From Porphyridium purpureum (Eukaryota): a DNA stretch of 64,000 nucleotides. The number at the start of each line of letters is the position of its first letter. The first letter of the stretch is position 1. The position numbers and the translations under genes were made by a program. The notes beneath the pieces were generated by a model that was given only the letters and a program-made list of their open reading frames with translations, had not been told where the DNA came from and searched no databases. Location: contig VRMN01000003.1 of NCBI GenBank assembly GCA_008690995.1, forward strand, positions 1,426,001 through 1,490,000. The letters run 5' to 3'. Shown piece after piece: positions 54,004-63,129 of the stretch.

Positions 54004-55236
54004 ATGAATCGTCTGCAATGTATGTTCACGCGGCGCATGACGGTCATGCACCGGCACCGGCTGGAAAAGCTGATTGCTATTAGTCGCACGCAGGACGCGG
54101 TACGCAAGCTTCGGCAGGAGCAGCGCGGGCGTCAGTCTGACACGCTGTCGAGTATGGGTTACGCGCCGTGTATGATGGATCTCGTGCGAGCAGAGCCACA
54201 GAAAGTGAACGCGTCGCTCAAGGAGAAGCTGGGGCTTCCCGCAGACGTGTTTCATGGCATGATTGACAAGTGGATCGAGGATAATCCTAAAGTAGATCTG
54301 ACACTGCCGCCGCGGTCAGCAACTGAGACACCCACGATTTCTCCGACCGTGCGCGAGCGCGCGCGGGCAAAGTATGGGGTTTTGCGGACTGCTAATGTGG
54401 CGCTGGTTGGTGCCCCAAACGCCGGAAAGTCATCGCTGATTAACGCGCTCGTCGACCGACGAATTGCGGCAGTACACCGCAAGCGCAACACCACGCAGCG
54501 CAAAGTGACTGGTTGTCTGACCGAAGCCGAGCGCCAAGTGGTCCTCTTTGATACACCCGGAATTTTGTACAATGCAGAGAATTATATGGCGCTGGGTTGG
54601 AACGCAGCATTCCAGGCTGATGTGTGCGCCGCCGTTATCGATGCGAGCGTTGGAAACGTCAGAAGACGATCTGCAATTAAGAGCGTAGTGCGAAAAATTG
54701 TGACCCGCCGCAATCACGATGCGAACGGCCCGACGTTGCTGATCCTGACAAAAATGGACATTGTGAACCATCGAACCTTTAATGAAGTGGTTCACGAGTG
54801 GACGAGTGAATTGGAATTTGACGCAGTGTTCACGGTGTCGACGCCAAAAGCCATTGGCGTGAGCGAGCTACGAGCGTATCTGTTGAAGCAGTGCAAAGAG
54901 GGCGACTGGCTCCTTAACCCGAATATACCCAGCGGTGATCCGGCAGTAGACGTAGTGAACGAAGCTGTGCACGAGCAAGTGTTGGAATTCGTACACGAAG
55001 AGCTCGCTTACAGGGTACACACGTCAAACAGACATTGGACAGAGCTTCCAAATGGCGTTTTACGGATCGATCAAGTCTTGTCCGTGCCTGACCGGCGCCA
55101 TATCCCCATTTTGCTTGGCACAGATGCCGCCAAAGTTAATCGGATGCGCGACCGAGCGCAGGCAATCCTGAAGGACTTGTTTCAAAGAGAAATTATGCTC
55201 AATTTACACGTACAAGCTCGAAACTCATCAATATAA
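54004..55236 (+). CDS. Era-family GTPase (organellar, ERAL1-like)
   Basis: GAPNAGKSSL, NTTQR, DTPG and TKMD, followed by a KH-like region (HEELAY...ILLG). Start inferred. Confidence 0.92.
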   Translation: MNRLQCMFTRRMTVMHRHRLEKLIAISRTQDAVRKLRQEQRGRQSDTLSSMGYAPCMMDLVRAEPQKVNASLKEKLGLPADVFHGMIDKWIEDNPKVDLTLPPRSATETPTISPTVRERARAKYGVLRTANVALVGAPNAGKSSLINALVDRRIAAVHRKRNTTQRKVTGCLTEAERQVVLFDTPGILYNAENYMALGWNAAFQADVCAAVIDASVGNVRRRSAIKSVVRKIVTRRNHDANGPTLLILTKMDIVNHRTFNEVVHEWTSELEFDAVFTVSTPKAIGVSELRAYLLKQCKEGDWLLNPNIPSGDPAVDVVNEAVHEQVLEFVHEELAYRVHTSNRHWTELPNGVLRIDQVLSVPDRRHIPILLGTDAAKVNRMRDRAQAILKDLFQREIMLNLHVQARNSSI

Positions 55237-55899
55237 ACGCATTGATTTGACAAAGACAACGATTTGCAGATTGCGCGCGGGCTCGTCCCGGGTTTTGCAA
55301 ACCAGATTCGCCCGAATTCGTGACGCGCCCGGTGGCAGACTTGCCGGTTGCAAACATGCGAATCATGGCACGCAGGCCCACGGTATTTGAATGCCTCACA
55401 TTCGTACATGACGGTTCTGCGCTTAGACTGGACGGACTTGATGGCGAAACGGCACACCAAGCCCTGACTAGATTCTGCAGCTACCAGTACGTCCGCCATT
55501 TGTTCGCTTGTGCTGGTGCGAGCATGCATCGCCTTTCGAGCACGTACAATTCAGTCCGAGCACGTGATCAGTCAGACAAACGTTACCTGAGATCATCAAG
55601 TGCACGGCATCTTATGAAAAGGGAGAGTGTCCGTGCACGCTGGCTGTCTGACCATAAATGCTTTGGCCAAGCCTCTCGATCTGTCAGATGGCTCGTGTGA
55701 CTAGGATGTTTTCGCAACTTGTATGATTAGGTGTACGCTGCTTGACTTTGAAACGACAGAAAGTATGATCGAATGCTCGTGTTCCGAATGCCGCGGCTAT
55801 TTAAGCATGCATACACTATTGCTTGCATGATTTCGGTCCTGCAATGCAATCCAGCTCTTCAAAAGATGCTTGATATGTGTCGATTCGGATGACTCGACA

Positions 55900-56490
55900 C
55901 TAGTAATACTGCGGAAGATAGCATAATGACTGGTTACTCTGTTCTTCAAAAATTTCCAAGATGCTTTCAATCTCTTCGTCGAGGTCCTGCACTTCATCTA
56001 GAAGCTCACACAGGTCAACAGCTAGGCGCGCACCGCTCTGCGCTTGCTCGTGGGTGTCTTTGACTTCGAGATTGATTATGTACACAGGTTCATACAAGGT
56101 GGGCTGCCTCTTCGTTGCGAAATCGTCCAGCACCGCGTTGAACACGCGGTCCTCAAAAGTGACGACGATGTCATGTCTGAGGAAGTTCTCCTGCCAGCGC
56201 TCCGGGCCTTTCTTGAGATTGCGGTTACGATCCAGCATCCGAAGCACGCCGTTTTGCTGATACAGGGCCTCATTCTGGGCCTTCAGATCTTCGTACATCA
56301 CATTGTACGGAGTCCCAAACGCATACTCGTTCGGCTTGTCTACGGACGGCCCGGGCAGCTTGACCGTGCGCCCTGTGCCGTACGATTGCACATGCGCGAA
56401 GCCAGCCTCCAGCAGCGCTAAATGTGCGGCCATACTTCGGTTCTGGTTCGACGCACATACCGTGCTGAATCTCCTCTGATACTTGGGCAT
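55900..56490 (-). CDS. SSU72: RNA Pol II CTD phosphatase SSU72
   Basis: VCASNQNRSMAAH, SYGTG..VKLPGPS and MLDRN..K..PERWQ. Confidence 0.97.
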   Translation of the reverse strand: MPKYQRRFSTVCASNQNRSMAAHLALLEAGFAHVQSYGTGRTVKLPGPSVDKPNEYAFGTPYNVMYEDLKAQNEALYQQNGVLRMLDRNRNLKKGPERWQENFLRHDIVVTFEDRVFNAVLDDFATKRQPTLYEPVYIINLEVKDTHEQAQSGARLAVDLCELLDEVQDLDEEIESILEIFEEQSNQSLCYLPQYY

Positions 56491-56658
56491 CGCGCATGAA
56501 CTCACAAACACGAACACAAGCACGCGCCTCCGCAAGCATCCCACACAATTCTCTGCGGGCGGGCACTTTGTGAGGTTTATAAGAAACCCAGTTCGTCCTG
56601 TGATAGTCTTGGCAGAAGGGCGCCGAAGCAAGACCATGCGCAAGGTGCGCTCTCACAC

Positions 56659-57306
56659 ATGGGAGTGGGCTCTTTGACTGTTCTGGTGGGTATCTGTGGC
56701 GCAGCGGCGCTGTACGCGCGGCCAAAGGATGTCCCGCGCTATGCCAGGATGGCAGGGTATGGGCTCGGCCGCCTTGTCTCGTTGCTCCGCGTCGTCAAGG
56801 AGTATGGTGAAAAGGCGGCAGCCTCATCCACGTTTGGCCCGGTCACGACACAGATTCGCGAGGGGCTGACCCAATTGACGGATATTCACTCGCAGGTGCG
56901 CGGAGAGTTTATCGCAGCGTCTCCCTTTCGCTCGCGTGTCGTGGCCGTCCCCGGGAGCACAAACAGGATTGTGTTGTCTCCAAACGCCCGACCCGATGGC
57001 GACGCTGGTGGCGATGATGGTGGCATGGCGCCTGCCAAAACTGAAGACGCACCAGAATCAAAGTCAGGAGAATTTGAGACTTTCTCACCCTTGCTGACGA
57101 AAGAGTTCAGATCAACTGCACCGTCTTCGGGACAGAAGCTCTACGGTGCGGATTTTGTTGCGTTGTGCCAGGAAGAAGCTGCGCTTGTCGCAGTGCACCC
57201 GGACTTATTCGATGCGCGCTCCTCCACTCTTGGCGCTGTCAAGGACTCTGTATCTATATCCGCTACTGCTACAGACTCGAGTAATGTAGAACGAGGGGTA
57301 CCGTGA
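56659..57306 (+). CDS. tatB: Mitochondrial TatB-like protein
   Basis: N-terminal TM with hinge RPKDVP, amphipathic helix ARMAGYGLGR, and a C-terminal GADFV...EEAAL block, as in plant nuclear-encoded mitochondrial TatB. Confidence 0.75.
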   Translation: MGVGSLTVLVGICGAAALYARPKDVPRYARMAGYGLGRLVSLLRVVKEYGEKAAASSTFGPVTTQIREGLTQLTDIHSQVRGEFIAASPFRSRVVAVPGSTNRIVLSPNARPDGDAGGDDGGMAPAKTEDAPESKSGEFETFSPLLTKEFRSTAPSSGQKLYGADFVALCQEEAALVAVHPDLFDARSSTLGAVKDSVSISATATDSSNVERGVP

Positions 57307-57430
57307 CATTCGGGACGAAGTACAACAACTCTACCAAAGTCTGTATCTCTTCAAACACTTCTACAATTTTTTTTTCCTATGGCAGTTTGATGTGCATCGC
57401 AGCCCTGCTCAAGAGCAGGCTACAAGGTCA

Positions 57431-58753
57431 TCACGGCTGTGCATGCTCGTTCCTAAAGATCGACTGGTGATACGTGCCGGCCAGCAAAGCAGGCCCGACA
57501 ACCATCCCGAACCAAAAGAACAGATTCGCAAACCGGCGGTAATGCGGATTTTTCAGGTTGCCTCGAAAAATCCAAATCAGAGGCATTTGGGTCATCATCA
57601 AAGAGAGTAGAAAGACGCGCGGGTGACGGAACGTCACTGCCAGTATTAGCTCGTGGAAGAGTGCACTGAACAAGAACGTCGCTGCTTGAGCAACCAGCTT
57701 TGACGCACCAGCTTGAATGGCGTCTCCATAAATGTGCTTCAGGAGCCAGTCGTGCACGGGCCGGTTCCACTTGCGCGAGAACTCGCTCATGTTTGTGGCG
57801 TTCCAGAAGTCCTCGTAAAATTGGCGGTCTCCGAAGCGCGTAAGCTCACCGGCAATGTTCAAAAGCACCTCAAAGACGAGGAAGAAAAGAGCCAGGAACA
57901 ACAGTGTGCATGGCAGGAAGAGCGCGATTACCACCTCAACAAACGACCTGACCGGGTCGTCAAAGCACGGCAGAAAGTGCTCAGTAATCAGCAAGTAAAT
58001 GGCCAGGAGAAGCCCCAATCCTGTGCCTACTTTTCGACAAATAAAGCTCGTGCTCACGGATGCGCTCCGCGGATACCCGCTGACGCTGTACACAAGTGTT
58101 GGTGCGAACCAAAAATACGCAAACTTTCGGAACGAGACGAGCTCAAGTTTTTGCTGCAAGCTTGCGTCTGGTTTCAAGTCTCCAAGGGCCCGGCGCACCT
58201 CAACATGGTACGAGTGCATCTTGAGGAAAGATACTGTTGCCTGCGTCGTGAGGGCGAAACTGGGCACAGTCGACAAACGGGATGTGATAATGTATCGGTT
58301 CGTGCCCGACAAATGGAGGCACTGCAAAAGCCTATAGAGCGTTTCCCTGGTGACTGGACTCATCCAGCCGCGCACAGTCAGGACATGAAGCAAGTACGTG
58401 AAAGGCGTTGCGATGCACATGAGCGAGTAAATCAGCAGCACGTACTCGACGCCTCGAAACGACCACTTGAGCAGGCTGAGGTCGACTGGCGGCTGTCCCT
58501 GCAGCAGTCTGACGACGGGCGTCTTGACAAACCATAGGGACACGAGCAACCACAGCATATTCTGCAGGCCGTAAAAGATGTGGACCGGCACGCGCTCTGC
58601 GCCGCTCTCGACCTGCTCCAGAATCGACGCGCGCCGCTCATACTTGTGTGTCGCGTACTCGCGCCTCGCCTCCCTGGAAGGTGTCTGCTGCGCAACAACG
58701 TCGTCGTTCACCGCTTCGCTCCCTGACCCAGCACGAGCCAGAGACTCGCCCAT
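57431..58753 (-). CDS. MBOAT acyltransferase of the SOAT/ARE-DGAT1 family (sterol O-acyltransferase-like)
   Basis: FLKMHSY, FAPTLVY, FGDRQFYEDFWN, WNRPVHDWL and SALFHE (catalytic His). Confidence 0.9.
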   Translation of the reverse strand: MGESLARAGSGSEAVNDDVVAQQTPSREARREYATHKYERRASILEQVESGAERVPVHIFYGLQNMLWLLVSLWFVKTPVVRLLQGQPPVDLSLLKWSFRGVEYVLLIYSLMCIATPFTYLLHVLTVRGWMSPVTRETLYRLLQCLHLSGTNRYIITSRLSTVPSFALTTQATVSFLKMHSYHVEVRRALGDLKPDASLQQKLELVSFRKFAYFWFAPTLVYSVSGYPRSASVSTSFICRKVGTGLGLLLAIYLLITEHFLPCFDDPVRSFVEVVIALFLPCTLLFLALFFLVFEVLLNIAGELTRFGDRQFYEDFWNATNMSEFSRKWNRPVHDWLLKHIYGDAIQAGASKLVAQAATFLFSALFHELILAVTFRHPRVFLLSLMMTQMPLIWIFRGNLKNPHYRRFANLFFWFGMVVGPALLAGTYHQSIFRNEHAQP

Positions 58754-58880
58754 CTCTCACACTTCATTCGCGTATCTGTCTTTGCATCACCCCCACCAGC
58801 ACCACCATTCTCTCTTTCCCCTTTCTCTTTTCGCTCCGGCTGTCCTGTTCGTGCGTCCCAGCGACGTCACCCTTTGCTCA

Positions 58881-58897
58881 AAACCCTAGAGGTACAG
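58881..58897 (+). promoter_or_regulatory. Adjacent telo-box-like AAACCCTAG and GGTACAG box in the divergent MBOAT/PTP promoter
   Basis: aaaccctaga ggtacag; reverse-orientation CTGTACC at 58951. Confidence 0.55.
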
Positions 58898-59039
58898 CAA
58901 TTATTTATTTACTGAACACACGACCACGTTGGCGGCAGTCGAGGAAAGCACTGTACCCCCGCGCTGAATCAGACAAGCTGTTGGGTGAAGGCTGTTGATG
59001 CTTGTTGACACAGTGGCAGCCAGTGGGCCAAGCGGGACA

Positions 59040-59063
59040 GAGAGAGAGAGAGAGAGCGAGAGA
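59040..59063 (+). repeat. (GA)n microsatellite
   Basis: gagagagagagagagagcgagaga. Confidence 0.85.
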
Positions 59064-59556
59064 GGCGGGAGACACACAGGGACGCTTGCAGAGACAGAGG
59101 GACAGAGCAGAAGAGTAGAAGGGCCGGCGGAACGGTGCACCAGAAGCTGGATATCGGTGGAGTCGGCCTCCGCACCAGATAGAACGGTGGTGAGGGGGCG
59201 GAACGGGGCTTGGACGGGACGCGGCGCGGCAGGGTACGCAGAGGACGCTGCACGCGCGCGCAGTGCGGTGCGGTGCGTCGTGGCCGCGCGGGAGGGAGGA
59301 AGGGGCGGCGGGCAGGAAGCGAGGTGCGAGGAACAGACTCGTGCATGTCGGCCGCTGCATGGGACGGGTTTGATTTCTGTCGAGTGCGTGCGCGCGCGTT
59401 CGCGGTCCTGCTCTCTCCCCTTATCGATCATATCAGCACGCGTCCAGAAGGGGCAAGGAAGCAGAGGCAGCCGCCCGTGGCGTGGTCAAGAAGACAGGAA
59501 GCCCGGCTTCTTCGTTGTGGGAAAGCAAGGTGCGCAAGGAGGGCAGCCTGGGCTTG

Positions 59557-61164
59557 ATGGAAGATGCAATCTCCCAGTCGTCAGCTTTCAATGCGACCCG
59601 CGGGTTTTTCCAAACCTATAATTCGGGCGAGATCGCATCCTCGACATCCAGCGAAGATGAGGAAACCTCACAGAATACGTCGAATAACTATGTCGCCACA
59701 ATGCTGATGCAGTGGCCGCCGCCGTCGCTAGGGCGTGCGAAGTCGCGTATTCGCCGCGAGTCGAGCGGCTGCGGCTTCGGCGGGAGCACTGCAGGTTCAA
59801 AGGGGGTGAACAACTCATTGCTGCTTGTTCGCCAAAAAGCTGCGCTGCTTGAAGCAAAGCAATTCGCGCATGAGCTCGAGCTGCTAATTGCACGTCTGAA
59901 TCGGTTCAGTCGGCGCGAAGACACCGTGGAATTCGAGGAAGAGTTTTTGCGCATCGAAATTACTGCACTCCCGGGTCATTATCATCGCTCGTGGTTTTCT
60001 GTTGCTCTTGAAAAGCGAAATATTGCCTTGAATCGGTACATTAATGTCATGGCCATGGACAAGACACGAGTGAAATTACTCGACGTGGATGAGGGCGAGA
60101 GCGACTATGTGAATGCCAGTTTCATTCAAGGAGTTCCAACAGAAATATCGTACATTGCGGCCCAAAATCCCTTGCCCAGCACCATGGGTCACTTTTGGCA
60201 GATGGTCTGGGAGCAAAACATCAGCGTCATTGTCATGCTCACGAAACTGGTCGAGAAAGGGAAGGTCAAGGGCGAACAGTACTGGCCGGACATTGGCGAA
60301 TCCATATTATATGGCACAAGCTATCGTGTGATCGCTGAAGGCCACACAGCAAAGAGCAAGGAAACGTATCTGCAGATCCGCACGTTTATTTTGTGGAAAG
60401 CTCCACCTGGCAGTGAGGATGATTTAGATCGCACGCGACGCGAAGGTCGTCATATTACGCATGTTCAGTACATGTCTTGGCCGGACCACGGCATTCCAAA
60501 GACATGCAAGCCGCTTCTTAATCTTTTGGCCATGGTGGATGAGTTAATTTGCCCGGAAGACGAGGATGACTTTGACGCCGTACCTGTAGACGACGATGGT
60601 ACTGGATTGGATAACGAGAGAGAACCTTGCGTGTTGGTTCACTGCTCAGCTGGAATTGGAAGAACTGGTACATATATTGCAGTGGACATTGCCCTGCGCC
60701 AGTATTACGCGTTGCACAATAAGAGCCCCGCAGAGAGTGAAAAGCTGAAGCGACTGGGCATTGAGCCAATGACGGTTCATGGTTTGGAAGGCATTGTGCG
60801 ATCGCTCAAGCAGCAGCGCTTCGGTATGGTGCAGACCTGGCAACAGTACAGATTTGCGTACATCGCCGTCCTGTACGGTATTCAGCTTTTGCTAACGAAG
60901 GAGGAGAAGGAGATTGAAGTGCTCACACAGTCGTCTGTACGCACGGTGAGGCGGAAGAAGATTTCTCACTTTGGGCAGCACGGCAGTGAAGATACCGACG
61001 GCAGCGAGTGGGATCAAGGGGAAGAGGAAAAATCGCTCATGGACGCGAGGGCAAACATGCTTACCTCGCAGAAACTAGCAGAAGTTTTGATCCGATTTGA
61101 GGAACTAAGCACGCCGAGAGGCCGCGACACCGGCCGGCATTCATCTCGGGATATGGGGAGCTGA
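59557..61164 (+). CDS. Classical protein tyrosine phosphatase
   Basis: NRYINV, DYVNAS, FWQMVWEQ, WPDHG, VHCSAGIGRTG and QR.GMVQT..QY. Start inferred. Confidence 0.95.
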   Translation: MEDAISQSSAFNATRGFFQTYNSGEIASSTSSEDEETSQNTSNNYVATMLMQWPPPSLGRAKSRIRRESSGCGFGGSTAGSKGVNNSLLLVRQKAALLEAKQFAHELELLIARLNRFSRREDTVEFEEEFLRIEITALPGHYHRSWFSVALEKRNIALNRYINVMAMDKTRVKLLDVDEGESDYVNASFIQGVPTEISYIAAQNPLPSTMGHFWQMVWEQNISVIVMLTKLVEKGKVKGEQYWPDIGESILYGTSYRVIAEGHTAKSKETYLQIRTFILWKAPPGSEDDLDRTRREGRHITHVQYMSWPDHGIPKTCKPLLNLLAMVDELICPEDEDDFDAVPVDDDGTGLDNEREPCVLVHCSAGIGRTGTYIAVDIALRQYYALHNKSPAESEKLKRLGIEPMTVHGLEGIVRSLKQQRFGMVQTWQQYRFAYIAVLYGIQLLLTKEEKEIEVLTQSSVRTVRRKKISHFGQHGSEDTDGSEWDQGEEEKSLMDARANMLTSQKLAEVLIRFEELSTPRGRDTGRHSSRDMGS

Positions 61165-61533
61165 GAGGGTATGTGCTTTATTGTGCCTTGTGTAATAATC
61201 AGTGGTGCAAAATGCAAGGAGCACGCAGCGATCTAACTAAAGCTTCAACTGAACCATATGCATATGGTGTAACTCTGCGCCTTTCAAGCTGGTACATCAC
61301 GTTCTTCGTTGCCTTGCACACGCTTCAAACAATGAACCGTGATCCTAACGTCATACACAAGCCGGACTCAGGAATTTACACTCAATTCCAAGGGCAGATG
61401 ATTTTCTGGTCGCGGAAGCCACAACATCTCAAACTGTATCCCATGCCCTCTCACTGTCAAAATTATTGGCGTGCAGACCAAAAGAACAGGAACGAAGGAT
61501 ACCTGAATGGACGTGCGAACGGATCCATTGGCC

Positions 61534-62538
61534 CTAAGCGCTATTCCTACGCTGCAAGTACGCGAGAGCTCGGTTGATGTGCTGAGAACCCAATTTCTGG
61601 GCACCCACCACGATCTGGTTCTCAATGCTGCTCCATACGGTCCCGCGGTGAGCTACGGTTGTCAAACGAAGGCCATCTTGAATTGGAAGCCTGTCCGCGT
61701 CTGAATGCAACACACCATTAAAGCGACCCACTTTCAAACTGCAATCACGTTCGGAGCAAACTTCTGCGAACGTGCGCAGTGCTGTGTTTCCTGTCCGCAT
61801 TAGGGCGTCAGTCTCAATACTCACCTCGAGCACGTGCCCCGGCGTGCCACAAGGGAGCTCAGGCAGCCCTGTGATGCAAAGCAGATCGCCCATGCCGTCA
61901 GAGGCATGCACTTTTTCCAGTCCTCGCGCCTCGATCCACTCGGCGTCTATGCACACTGGAGTTGGAGTGGGCACGGGATCTGGTGAGTTCGTAGGGCTAG
62001 GCGAAGGCGAAGGCGTGGGAGAGGGCGTGGTCGTCGATGATTCTATCGGCGTTGGCGTCGGCGTCGGCGATGGAGATGGTGCTGCCGTCGGCGATGGCGA
62101 CGGCGTCGGAGACGAAATCGGGGCTGGAGTTGGATCCCCATCACACACGTAGCTAGCGACCTTGATGACCGGCAGCCCGCTTCCCGTCGCGACTTCCGAG
62201 CACTCTGAGGGTTGAATGGTCCCGCCAAAGATTGTTCGCGAGAAGAAGAGAGTATTTTCATCCGTGCATCCCGCTCCGGCGTATCCCCGCACGCTCACGA
62301 CGCTAAGCGTATCTCCACACATCAACTGAGTGAGCTGCAGCGAATTGATTTCCGCGTCCGGATCTGTCCACGCGAACTCTGTGCACCCGTCCAACGTGAG
62401 GTCGACCACTTCTGGAGTGCCCGAACACCCATTCGATGGAAACACCTCCAGTCTCGCAAATCCCTGCGCGAGCACCGACCCAGCCACAAGAGCAAGCACG
62501 CCCACGACGGCCACCACGCCCCTAGGACCGCACTTCAT
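61534..62538 (-). CDS. Secreted protein with a Cys-containing N-domain, (S/T)P-repeat linker and Cys-rich C-domain
   Basis: Signal peptide [17 protein letters not shown]; linker [22 protein letters not shown]-domain CIDAEWI...LPCGTPGH. Confidence 0.85.
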   Translation of the reverse strand: MKCGPRGVVAVVGVLALVAGSVLAQGFARLEVFPSNGCSGTPEVVDLTLDGCTEFAWTDPDAEINSLQLTQLMCGDTLSVVSVRGYAGAGCTDENTLFFSRTIFGGTIQPSECSEVATGSGLPVIKVASYVCDGDPTPAPISSPTPSPSPTAAPSPSPTPTPTPIESSTTTPSPTPSPSPSPTNSPDPVPTPTPVCIDAEWIEARGLEKVHASDGMGDLLCITGLPELPCGTPGHVLEVSIETDALMRTGNTALRTFAEVCSERDCSLKVGRFNGVLHSDADRLPIQDGLRLTTVAHRGTVWSSIENQIVVGAQKLGSQHINRALAYLQRRNSA

Positions 62539-63129
62539 GATTTCGCGCACAAACCTTTGCACGATCGCCCTCCTTCCTTCCTGCGTTGCATGCTTCCCGC
62601 ATCATCACCTCCGCGCGACAAAGCTTGACTCCGCTCAATCACGCGCGGTACAGTGTCAGTGAACACAGCTTCGTAGAGTTTGCGCCGTTTTGAAAGATTT
62701 GCGCTGCTGGGAATCGACCGTTTAACCGCTAAACCACTCGCCGATCATTTTGAATTCCAAACACGACAAAACGCAGGGTTTCGTTCCCTTCTGACAATCA
62801 CGCGCGTTTTCTGATCTTGCTGCCGGCTCCCCACGCACTAGCTTGCTCCGAACCGAATTCCTTATCGGTTCGGTTCGTCCGGCGGAATTCGCAACATCCT
62901 TGTCGAGGTACACTGGAAGCACGTGCTTTGTACTAAAGTATGCTAGTGGGAGTAAAATTCACGCGTGTCAACTTGGTGATGCGTCGTGTTACTGACAACC
63001 CGGCGCCTTTAACATGCGAAACGCTGCATTTTGGCGTTTGGGTCGGGGATTACAAGAGAATGCGTTCAAGTTGGATACAGCGCGGAAGAGGGACGGGCGG
63101 TGGGCGAGAGAGGGACAGGAGGGTGATGC

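Noticed and set aside
53764..54255. N-terminal extension of the Aquarius ORF overlapping Era
   Set aside because: It looks like chance openness of the frame across the promoter and the Era antisense strand; ATG 53763 is more plausible.
57713..58537. 274-aa plus-strand ORF
   Set aside because: Antisense shadow of the MBOAT gene.
12997..58753. Lipid-metabolism gene cluster (TMEM14/FAX, LPAAT, citrate synthase, MBOAT)
   Set aside because: The genes are widely interspersed with unrelated ones; this is compatible with chance.
58901..59556. Overlapping ORFs upstream of the PTP gene
   Set aside because: Derived from GA repeats and GC-rich leader sequence.
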